Below, piece after piece: positions 22,100-30,296 of a DNA stretch of 32,000 bases. How positions within the stretch are numbered: the first letter of the stretch is position 1; the number at the start of each line of letters is the position of its first letter. Both the position numbers and the translations under genes were made by a program. The notes below the pieces were generated by a model. The model worked only from the letters and a program-made list of their open reading frames with translations. It made no database searches and was not told where the DNA came from. Source of the stretch: Copranaerobaculum intestinale (lineage in GTDB: Bacteria > Bacillota_I > Bacilli_A > Erysipelotrichales > Erysipelotrichaceae); assembly GCF_009831105.1 (NCBI RefSeq), contig NZ_WUUQ01000001.1, positions 780,001-812,000 on the forward strand, given 5' to 3'.

Positions 22100-24311
22100 A
22101 TTCAGATTGATCATGGCGGTTGTTTCGATTGTTTCCGCTTTATGTATTGTGATAACTTCTTTCTATTTTATCAGGAATGTTCAGACTCAGTTATGGAAGA
22201 AAACCGTTACTGATATTTTGGAGGTCACTACCCAGGGACGTCATGCTTTGGATACGTATATTGAGAAAGACTATGATACGCTTTCTTTATTTGTCAATGA
22301 GATCAGCCGGCTGAAATCAAACGATACGGATCATATTAAAAAAATCATTGAACTGTTCGATGAAGATGTTACGTCTTTTTACTGCAGTAATCTGATGAAC
22401 AGCAATACGTACTCAGATCAGTCAGACGGTGTGTATACATTGTCCGAAGAACAGCGGCTTCAATATTTATCCATGAGTGACAGCGGCATACAGGAACCGT
22501 ATTATGACTCATTCACCGGGGTTAAAACAATATCGGTGTATGAGCGATTTACCTTTGCGGATGGCGCTCAGGCGATCGCCCTGAAATCCCGCACCGTGCA
22601 GACAGTTGTGGATAGCTTCGCTCTTTCCTTTTTTGATAATACCGGCTTTTCCTATATTGTAAATGACCGGGGTGATGTCCTGATTCGTTCTTTGCACCGC
22701 AATAGTAACCGTACTTTTCAAAATTTGTTTGATATCATTGATTTAGAGGGAAATGATGAAGAGAAGATCAACATTTTTCAATCAAAATTAAAGTATCGGT
22801 CTTCCGGTTCTGTCCAGTTTCACTACCAGGATAAAGAGTACATCTATTGTTATGTACCGATGGAATCCGTCGATGGCTGGTATCTGATCTCCATTATTCC
22901 AAGTGATATCGTAATGAGTCAGGCAAATACTATTATTTATAATGCGATTGGCTTGTGTGTATTGATTATGCTGTGTCTGGCAATGGTTGGTTACGTTTTC
23001 TATCGCAGTAATAAAAAGCATCATCAGGAAGTGGAAGACCTGGCCTTTTATGATAATCTCACAAAGCTTTACCGTTATGAAAAATTCCTCATGGAGGGCG
23101 ATCGTATCCTCCGCAGTTCTAAGGATGCCTTTGTTTTATACATCGACATTATCGGTTTTAAGCTTTTGAATGATATGGAAGGCTATGATTATGGTGATCG
23201 AGTCTTAAAGTTTATGGCGGATATGCTGAGACAGGTTTCACAGCCGGAAGATATCACCTGCCGTATATCTGGGGATGATTTTATTCTCATGGGATGCTGT
23301 GAATCCAAGGATGAAATATTAGAGCTTGCTTCCCGCATCCAAGATCTGGCAGCGAAAGGCCTTGATGAAAATCGCTCCATCAATACGCGGATCGGTATTT
23401 GTATGCAGAAGGATACCGGTCAAACGTCCGGAATTGAAATCAGCAGTATGATCGATTGGGCACGCATGGCTCAAAAGAGTGTAGATGAACGCTCGGAGAA
23501 AAATTGCCGTTTTTATAATCATCAGCTGCGCAGTACGCTCATAAAGGATGCCGAATTGGAGAAAGATATGAACCGGGCTTTACAGAAGGGGGAATTTCTG
23601 TATCTGATTCAGCCGAAGTTCACACTGGACGGTAAGCATATCGTCGGCGGGGAAGCACTGGTCAGATGGCTGAGAAACGGAGTCTTTGTTGGACCGGGAG
23701 AATTTATACCTCTGTTTGAGCGAAACGGCTTTATCCGCAGGCTGGATGAGTATGTGTTTGAAAAGGTCTGTCAGGATATTCAGGATCGAATACAAAGACA
23801 GCTTCCCATCGTACCGATTTCCGTGAATGTTTCGCGAGCGCACCTTTATTGGGATAACTTCGCGGATACCTATATCGCGATCAAAGAGAAATATCAGATA
23901 CCGGATGGCATTCTGGAGCTGGAATTGACCGAAAATATTTTGATTCGAAATGTGCAGGAGGTTCTGCCGATCATGAAGAAGCTGGCAGATAACGGATTCT
24001 CATGTTCGATTGATGATTTCGGATCCGGTTATTCTTCCTTGAATACCTTAAAGGATCTTCCGGTCGATGTTGTTAAAATGGATAAAGTATTCTTCGATCA
24101 AAATGATCATATGGAGCGTAATCAGATTGTATTACGCAATATGATCATGATGGCCAAGCAGTTGTCTATGAAGGTTGTGGCTGAGGGAATTGAAAATGAA
24201 GCACAGCTCGCAATGATTAAGGATACAGAATGTGATATGGTACAAGGCTTCCTATATGCACGGCCAATAGATAAACAAGAATTTTATAAGGAATTGGATC
24301 CAAATGAATAA
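22089..24311 (+). CDS. membrane c-di-GMP signalling protein: TM-Cache-like sensor-TM-degenerate GGDEF (SGDDF)-EAL
   Basis: Two TM helices flank an extracytoplasmic domain of about 250 aa ending YCYVPMESVDGWYLISIIP (Cache-like). The GGDEF motif position reads RISGDDF (23268-23282). The EAL domain is intact: GGEALVRW (23652-23660), ELTE, DDFGSGYSSL, KMDK, AEGIENE and QGFLYARP. The start overlaps the upstream stop by 11 nt. Confidence 0.88.
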   Translation: MRTKFRLIMAVVSIVSALCIVITSFYFIRNVQTQLWKKTVTDILEVTTQGRHALDTYIEKDYDTLSLFVNEISRLKSNDTDHIKKIIELFDEDVTSFYCSNLMNSNTYSDQSDGVYTLSEEQRLQYLSMSDSGIQEPYYDSFTGVKTISVYERFTFADGAQAIALKSRTVQTVVDSFALSFFDNTGFSYIVNDRGDVLIRSLHRNSNRTFQNLFDIIDLEGNDEEKINIFQSKLKYRSSGSVQFHYQDKEYIYCYVPMESVDGWYLISIIPSDIVMSQANTIIYNAIGLCVLIMLCLAMVGYVFYRSNKKHHQEVEDLAFYDNLTKLYRYEKFLMEGDRILRSSKDAFVLYIDIIGFKLLNDMEGYDYGDRVLKFMADMLRQVSQPEDITCRISGDDFILMGCCESKDEILELASRIQDLAAKGLDENRSINTRIGICMQKDTGQTSGIEISSMIDWARMAQKSVDERSEKNCRFYNHQLRSTLIKDAELEKDMNRALQKGEFLYLIQPKFTLDGKHIVGGEALVRWLRNGVFVGPGEFIPLFERNGFIRRLDEYVFEKVCQDIQDRIQRQLPIVPISVNVSRAHLYWDNFADTYIAIKEKYQIPDGILELELTENILIRNVQEVLPIMKKLADNGFSCSIDDFGSGYSSLNTLKDLPVDVVKMDKVFFDQNDHMERNQIVLRNMIMMAKQLSMKVVAEGIENEAQLAMIKDTECDMVQGFLYARPIDKQEFYKELDPNE

Positions 24312-24347
24312 GACCAGAAGTGAGAATCATTCATTTCTGGTTTTTTT
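24312..24347 (+). terminator. intrinsic terminator
   Basis: ACCAGAA...UUCUGGU stem followed by UUUUUUU. Confidence 0.7.
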
Positions 24348-24426
24348 ACGGAGAAAGCAAGGATGTGAGTATCAATTTTTTTCAACATGGAGTAAAATAG
24401 AAGCATTGAATAAAGGAGGTAGATTC

Positions 24427-26208
24427 ATGATTCAAGAAAGACTTGTAAAATTTCGTTCACTTATGAAAGAAAAAGGAATTCATGCGTATATGGTTCCTAC
24501 ATCGGATTTTCATGAAACAGAATATGTTGGCGATCATTTCAAGGCCCGTACGTATATGTCCGGTTTTACCGGTTCTTCCGGTACCTTGATCATCGCTCTA
24601 GAGGATGCGGCATTATGGACGGATGGCCGTTATTTCATACAGGCAGCGGCACAGCTGGAAGGCAGCGGAATTACGCTGATGAAAATGGGCGAACCGGATA
24701 CTCCAACCATGGTTCAGTATTTACTGAATCAAATTCCGGACAACGGTGTGTTGGGCTTTGACGGAAGGGTCATGAACAGCCGTTTGGGCAATCAATTAAA
24801 AGAGACCCTAGGCAAGCACGGAATCACAATTCATGCGGATGAGGACTTAGTCGATATGATTTGGAATGATCGTCCGGGGCTGCCGGATGGACCGGCGTTC
24901 CTGTTAGATTCTGCGTATACAGGCAAAGCTGCATCCGAAAAACTCGCAGATGTTCGCAAAATTATGAATGACCGCGGATGTGATGCGCATATCATCACAA
25001 GCTTGGATGATATTGCTTGGCTGTTTAATCTGCGCGGCAGTGATATCGAGTGTTATCCGGTCGTGCTCGCATATGCTCTGATCACCGCTGACAGCGCCAA
25101 GCTATATTTAGACGGCAATAAGCTGAATGCGGACATCCGTTCCCAGTTTGCGGATATGGGAGTGAAAATATGTGATTATTCAGCTATTTATGAAGATGTG
25201 AAATCAGTCTCCGGCAAAATTATGCTGGATGGCGCCAGTGTGAATTATGCTATTTATCAAAATTTGAACCCAGATCAGATTCTGGACTGCGCCAATCCTA
25301 CGCAGCTGATGAAGGCTGTCAAAAATGAAACTGAATTGAATAATACGATCGATGCACATATTAAAGACGGTGTTGCTTTTACAAAATTCATGTACTGGCT
25401 GAAAACGAATATCAATCATATGGAAATCAGTGAAATCAGTGCCAGCGACTATCTGGAAGCCTGCCGCAGACAACAGGAAGGTTTCTTAGATCTGAGCTTC
25501 AACACGATCTCTGCTTATAAGGAACATGCGGCAATGATGCATTACAGTGCGAATGAAGAAAGCAATGCGATGCTGAAGCCGGAAGGAATGCTGTTAGTGG
25601 ACAGCGGCGGACAGTATTTCCAAGGGACTACCGATATCACGCGTACGATGGCATTGGGACCGCTCAGTAATGAGCTGAAAACTCATTTCACAGCAGTGCT
25701 GCGCAGTATGATCAATCTCGCGAAGGCGCGTTTTCTGTATGGCTGCCGCGGTGTGAATCTGGATATCTTGGCACGCGGCCCGATCTGGGATCTAAACATT
25801 GATTACCGCTGCGGAACCGGACACGGTGTTGGTCATGTGCTGAACGTGCATGAATCACCGAATGGTTTCCGCTGGAAGATCGTACCGGAGCGCAATGACA
25901 GCTGTGTTCTGGAAGAAGGAATGATCACTACGGATGAACCGGGTATTTACGTAGAGGGAAGTCACGGTATCCGTATTGAGAATGAGCTGATCACCCGCAA
26001 GGGCGAAGCCAATGAATATGGTCAGTTCATGTATTTTCAGACAATAACAGTTGCCCCGATTGATTTGGATGCGATCGATGCAGGTCAGCTGAATGCTGAT
26101 GAAAAGAAATGGCTCAATGATTATCATAAACATGTCTATGATACTCTCGCTCCATATCTTGATGAGGATATTCAGGCGTGGCTGAAAGAGTATACAAGAG
26201 CAATCTAA
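24427..26208 (+). CDS. Xaa-Pro aminopeptidase (M24B, aminopeptidase P family)
   Basis: AAAGGAGG RBS before ATG 24427. Creatinase-like N-domains. Pita-bread metal ligands in VDSGGQY..GTTDITRT, HGVGHVLNVHE and EPGIY...GIRIEN. Confidence 0.9.
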   Translation: MIQERLVKFRSLMKEKGIHAYMVPTSDFHETEYVGDHFKARTYMSGFTGSSGTLIIALEDAALWTDGRYFIQAAAQLEGSGITLMKMGEPDTPTMVQYLLNQIPDNGVLGFDGRVMNSRLGNQLKETLGKHGITIHADEDLVDMIWNDRPGLPDGPAFLLDSAYTGKAASEKLADVRKIMNDRGCDAHIITSLDDIAWLFNLRGSDIECYPVVLAYALITADSAKLYLDGNKLNADIRSQFADMGVKICDYSAIYEDVKSVSGKIMLDGASVNYAIYQNLNPDQILDCANPTQLMKAVKNETELNNTIDAHIKDGVAFTKFMYWLKTNINHMEISEISASDYLEACRRQQEGFLDLSFNTISAYKEHAAMMHYSANEESNAMLKPEGMLLVDSGGQYFQGTTDITRTMALGPLSNELKTHFTAVLRSMINLAKARFLYGCRGVNLDILARGPIWDLNIDYRCGTGHGVGHVLNVHESPNGFRWKIVPERNDSCVLEEGMITTDEPGIYVEGSHGIRIENELITRKGEANEYGQFMYFQTITVAPIDLDAIDAGQLNADEKKWLNDYHKHVYDTLAPYLDEDIQAWLKEYTRAI

Positions 26209-26231
26209 AAACACCCGCAGGGGTGTTTTTT
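26207..26231 (+). terminator. intrinsic terminator
   Basis: ACACCC-GCAG-GGGUGU followed by UUUUU. Confidence 0.8.
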
Positions 26232-26435
26232 ATAGCAGCTGTTTTTGCGATCAAAATATCGCTTAAAGGCTGCTTAGTCGATTAGGACTATCTGCTCAGA
26301 ATATGAGTCTGTCAGTAAGTACAGACAATGTGATTGAACCAGTCACATCTAAATTGAAATAGGTTCGCTTTTGCAGGCTGTAAAAGAATGCTTAAGAAAT
26401 GTCGTAAACTATTATTTTTCTGGTATAATAAAACG

Positions 26436-27050
26436 ATGAAAACGATACTTGTACCGGTTTCCTGTCCGAATTGCGGTCATGAGGCATATGTCAAAAGTGA
26501 ACAATTTATCATACCCGAATTTCATCAGAAGCACCGTGAGGCAATTCTGGACGGGAGTTTTTTTCAGTACCGCTGTCCGGTTTGCCGAACCGCGATAGAA
26601 TGTATTCATGACTGTGTGTATCATGACCATGCCCGTCATCTTTTGCTTATTTTAAAGCGGCAGGGAAATGAAAAAGAAATAGTCGTGGAAACCGTTGAGC
26701 CGATTCAACGGCTGGTACGTACACCGCTTCAACTGCGAGAAACAATCCGTATCTTTGAAGATCACTTTCATGATGTGCCGATGTCTGATTTGAAAGCCCG
26801 TTTATTAGCCCAGTTTAAAAGCCGGGGATGCCGGCTCTTATCTATCAGTTATCATGACTTTGACGAGCCGAATAAACTATTGTGGTTTGAGGTGATGAAC
26901 GATCATCAACAGATTGATTATCGCGCGGTATCCTTGAAATATTATGAAGCTGCCCGGCAACGCACATCGAGTATCATAGACGATACAGTGCTTCAGGAAG
27001 TAACCATTACAAATGTTATGAAAAGGGTAAATCTTATCAAAAATGATTGA
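26436..27050 (+). CDS. CpXC domain protein
   Basis: CPNCG and CPVCR pairs near the N-terminus. ATG 26436 sits 7 nt after the extended -10 TGgTATAAT (26421-26429) and has no RBS, so it may be leaderless. Confidence 0.65.
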   Translation: MKTILVPVSCPNCGHEAYVKSEQFIIPEFHQKHREAILDGSFFQYRCPVCRTAIECIHDCVYHDHARHLLLILKRQGNEKEIVVETVEPIQRLVRTPLQLRETIRIFEDHFHDVPMSDLKARLLAQFKSRGCRLLSISYHDFDEPNKLLWFEVMNDHQQIDYRAVSLKYYEAARQRTSSIIDDTVLQEVTITNVMKRVNLIKND

Positions 27051-27104
27051 GCCGGCCGGATAAAAAAGTTATAATTAAAAACGTGTTTACTGGAGGGATG
27101 TCAT

Positions 27105-27899
27105 GTGAGCCAATTTCCCAAAAATCTGGAGATGACGTATCAGTTATCGCTGGATCATTTTCTGGCTGAACAGCAGGAATTGGAATTTGATACGGTGGAT
27201 GAATATCAGGCTGCTCTTACGAAACTGGAAGGAATCAAACGAGTTCGCAGCTGTACGCACCGTTACGAGATAGCCCGCTCGGTAGTGGATCAATGTCCTC
27301 ATTGTGTCGAAGCGCAGTTAGCTGTCGGTCTTTATTCCACACAGCTTGATGAGCGGCTGCATGCACTTTTACAGGCATCACAGCTGGCAGCCATTCGTCT
27401 GGGACAGGATTATTTCACCAAGGATATGCAGGACTACTATTTGAATAAAGAAACACACCTATTCTTTCGCAGTAAAACGGCTTATGCGGTTGCTTTATTT
27501 GATGCCGGATTCATGAGAAAGGCGCGGCCGCATCTGGAAACAATCAAACGGCTGAATCCCGGTGATATTTTTAAAGTGAGTCATTATTTGCTGAGCATTT
27601 ATTTGGTTCTGGAAGATAAGGAAAGCGGATACCGCTTGCTTCAGGAGCTGGATGAGCACGATGCCTTTACCTGCTATACCAAAGTTCTGTATGCCTATAA
27701 GGATATGGAGTTCGAGGAGGCAAGGCACTGGCTGAAAGCAGCCAGAGAGGTTGACGGAAGCATTTATCAGCTGTTATGCAAAGAACCGCTGCCGTATACC
27801 AATGATTATGATTCTTCTTTAGCTGCTCATTTTCTGGCAATCTACGGGAAAGCACTGCGCGGCTGGAAAGATTTTTCCGGCTTTGTGAAGTCCATATAA
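27105..27899 (+). CDS. hypothetical helical-repeat (TPR-like) protein
   Basis: GTG start 6 nt after GGAGGGA. Predicted all-helical. I recognise no catalytic motif. Confidence 0.55.
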   Translation: MSQFPKNLEMTYQLSLDHFLAEQQELEFDTVDEYQAALTKLEGIKRVRSCTHRYEIARSVVDQCPHCVEAQLAVGLYSTQLDERLHALLQASQLAAIRLGQDYFTKDMQDYYLNKETHLFFRSKTAYAVALFDAGFMRKARPHLETIKRLNPGDIFKVSHYLLSIYLVLEDKESGYRLLQELDEHDAFTCYTKVLYAYKDMEFEEARHWLKAAREVDGSIYQLLCKEPLPYTNDYDSSLAAHFLAIYGKALRGWKDFSGFVKSI

Positions 27900-27900
27900 A

Positions 27901-27930
27901 AACACACTCATGCGAGTGTGCTATTTTTTT
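27901..27930. terminator. bidirectional intrinsic terminator
   Basis: CACACUC-AUGC-GAGUGUG with A run upstream and T run downstream. The T run overlaps the 3' end of the convergent minus-strand gene. Confidence 0.65.
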
Positions 27931-28430
27931 ACGAGAACCTTTGTGATTTCACCGATATACATGCGGTGATAATCGTGCTTTGGATAATTTTTTAAAATAT
28001 CATCGCTCAGAAAGTGATTTGGATCCATATCCTGCCAATAGAGCTTTTTACAAATCAGCACCAGTCTAGCTTGGTTAAAATAAGGGGTGTTCTCATCATA
28101 TTGAAGCGTCAGACCGCATTTTGCGATCTTATCCTCATCCTTTCCGCTGTGAGAACCGCAATAGGCAAGTATCTCATGCTTGTCAGGAGTGAAAAAGGTA
28201 AGTGAAAAAGTATCCTGTTTCTCCAGAAATTGATAGGTGTAGCGTTGTGGTCTTACGTAGATTGTTGCGACGGCCTTATTCCAAAGAATACCCATACCTC
28301 CCCAACTGGCAGTCATGGTATTTGCCTGTTTATCATCTCCAGCCGTGATCAAGGTCCAGTCGTTATTCAGCAGGGTAAAGATATTTTCTTGAAAATCTTC
28401 GATTTTTAATTCTTCAAACATGTTGTTCAT
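27921..28430 (-). CDS. flavin reductase family protein (flavin reductase-like FMN-binding domain)
   Basis: LITAGDDKQANTMTASWGGMGILWNKAVATIYVRPQRYT is typical of the family. ATG 28421 is better spaced from the AAAGGAAG RBS than ATG 28430. Confidence 0.75.
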   Translation of the reverse strand: MNNMFEELKIEDFQENIFTLLNNDWTLITAGDDKQANTMTASWGGMGILWNKAVATIYVRPQRYTYQFLEKQDTFSLTFFTPDKHEILAYCGSHSGKDEDKIAKCGLTLQYDENTPYFNQARLVLICKKLYWQDMDPNHFLSDDILKNYPKHDYHRMYIGEITKVLVKK

Positions 28431-28444
28431 CTTCCTTTCTTCTT

Positions 28445-28963
28445 TCAGTATACGCCTTTTCGCAGGGCAAATTTCGTAATTGTGAAGGTTTTTGATGTCT
28501 GGATGATCGAAAATGAATGGACTTCTTTTACCATTTTGAGAACATCAGCGATTTCTGCCTCACTGATATGCAGCATCAGCACTTTCCGCCTGATGCGAAA
28601 AAACAGGAATTGATTACTGATAACCGCCTGATCAACAGGATAACAGTTCCCATCAACAAATAGTCCTTCAGCTTTGAGAATGACGGAAGCGTGCTTGCGA
28701 ATTTTCATTTCTAAAAGGCGCTTGGTGATTGTTTTCGATAAAAGGAAATTTGCGATCAGCAGAACTACTACGATCCAGGTAATCATGAAATCAGTGAATT
28801 TCTTGTGCATTTTAGTTATGTCAAACAGTATGGTGATGAAAAACAGAATAGCGATGATTAACAGGATCCAGTCGATCCAGCGATTCTTCGGCAGGTAGTG
28901 CTTGATGAAATACTGTTTATCTTCCTCACTCCAAGTGTTCTCAAAACAAACTTCCATTTCCAT
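28445..28963 (-). CDS. two-TM membrane protein with a C-terminal bacterial PH-like/YcxB-like domain (tentative)
   Basis: TM helices WILLIIAILFFITILF and ITWIVVVLLIANFLL, followed by a soluble domain of about 90 aa. GGAG RBS upstream. Confidence 0.5.
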   Translation of the reverse strand: MEMEVCFENTWSEEDKQYFIKHYLPKNRWIDWILLIIAILFFITILFDITKMHKKFTDFMITWIVVVLLIANFLLSKTITKRLLEMKIRKHASVILKAEGLFVDGNCYPVDQAVISNQFLFFRIRRKVLMLHISEAEIADVLKMVKEVHSFSIIQTSKTFTITKFALRKGVY

Positions 28964-29025
28964 AAAATCTCCTTTTTTTGTTAAGAAAAGTATAACATAG
29001 ATGTGCGGAAACAGAGTGAACTACT

Positions 29026-29053
29026 TTGCGTTTTTATGAATCCATATTATAAT
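29026..29053 (+). promoter_or_regulatory. promoter TTGCGT-16 nt-TATAAT
   Basis: -35 at 29026-29031 and -10 at 29048-29053. Confidence 0.5.
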
Positions 29054-29073
29054 ATTTCTAAATGAGGTAGATT

Positions 29074-30096
29074 ATGAGCAGATTGGAATTAAGACATATT
29101 GAAATGCAGTATCCCGGTTTCAAAGGAGTACTGCACGATATCCAGATGCAAAGTGATCATCGTGAATTTTTAGTGATCGCAGGACCTAGTGGGTGTGGAA
29201 AGAGTACGCTGCTCCAGATCATTGCCGGACTGCTTGAACCAACCGGCGGTGAGGTCTTTATGGATGGCAGAAATATGAAACAGGTATCGGCTGATCGCCG
29301 CAGAGTGGCGATGGTATTCCAGGATGCGGCGCTGTTTGATCATCTAAAAGTACGTGAGAACATATTATACGGTTTGGATCCAAATGGTGAAGAGCTTCAA
29401 AAAGCACTGCATGTAATCAGTGAGAAACTGCATATTCAAAAATTACTGGATAAGCGTGCCTATGCATTGTCGGGAGGACAAAAGCAGCGGGTATCAATCG
29501 CACGGGCATTGATTCGCAAGCCGCGTATTTTTTTGATGGATGAGCCGCTTCAGTCACTCGATGAACAGCTGAAAAGCGATTTGCGATTAATGCTTGCTGA
29601 TCTCTATCAAAAAAGTGATGCGACCTTTTTATATGTGACACACGATCAGAAAGAGGCGATGACGCTTGGAGATAGAATGATACTCATGAAGGAAGGAAGG
29701 ATCGTGCAGACCGGAACACCGCAGGAGTTGTATAAGAATCCTGAAACTTTATTTGCAGCGACATTTATGGATAAGTACCGACTGAATATATTCGGCGGAC
29801 GCATGATCGATAAAAGCTTTATTTTAGAGGGTGATGGGCCAATCTTAGGAGCTGTTCGCAGTGAGCATATCCATGTCAATCATGGGTCTGAAGCATGTGA
29901 TATTTTTATGAAAGGGACGATCCGGCTGGTAGAAGAACTGGGCAGCGGGGCAATGCTTCATGTGGAATCGCAAGGACGTACGATTGTTCTTCATGGCGAA
30001 ACGGAACGTTTTCAAAGGGGTGAAGAAATAACCTTTGGTTTTCAGCAAAGTCACATCATGTGTTTTGATCAGAACGGGAACCGGCTTTATCGATAA
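29074..30096 (+). CDS. ABC transporter ATP-binding protein, MalK/MsmX/UgpC-like with C-terminal regulatory (TOBE-like) domain, orphan
   Basis: Walker A GPSGCGKST, Q-loop, signature LSGGQKQR, Walker B IFLMDEP and H-loop THD. No adjacent permease or binding protein. Confidence 0.9.
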   Translation: MSRLELRHIEMQYPGFKGVLHDIQMQSDHREFLVIAGPSGCGKSTLLQIIAGLLEPTGGEVFMDGRNMKQVSADRRRVAMVFQDAALFDHLKVRENILYGLDPNGEELQKALHVISEKLHIQKLLDKRAYALSGGQKQRVSIARALIRKPRIFLMDEPLQSLDEQLKSDLRLMLADLYQKSDATFLYVTHDQKEAMTLGDRMILMKEGRIVQTGTPQELYKNPETLFAATFMDKYRLNIFGGRMIDKSFILEGDGPILGAVRSEHIHVNHGSEACDIFMKGTIRLVEELGSGAMLHVESQGRTIVLHGETERFQRGEEITFGFQQSHIMCFDQNGNRLYR

Positions 30097-30233
30097 AACG
30101 GCTTTTTCATTCCCTCATAAACAATGTTTCTGCTTTTGAATCACGATAAGGATGTATTAGCTTAGTCTGTATCATCAACAGTATTTTTGTAATAGAAATT
30201 GCTTATATTCATAATGAAAATATGTCAGTATTC

Positions 30234-30266
30234 AAAAAACGGCGATAGTTTATCTCGCCGCTTTTC
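30234..30266 (-). terminator. intrinsic terminator after the MFS gene (may also serve the + strand)
   Basis: On the minus strand: GCGGCGAGA...CGCCG stem followed by UUUUUUGAA. Confidence 0.6.
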
Positions 30267-30296
30267 TATATTTATTGAGGTATATCTGCGCTCATG

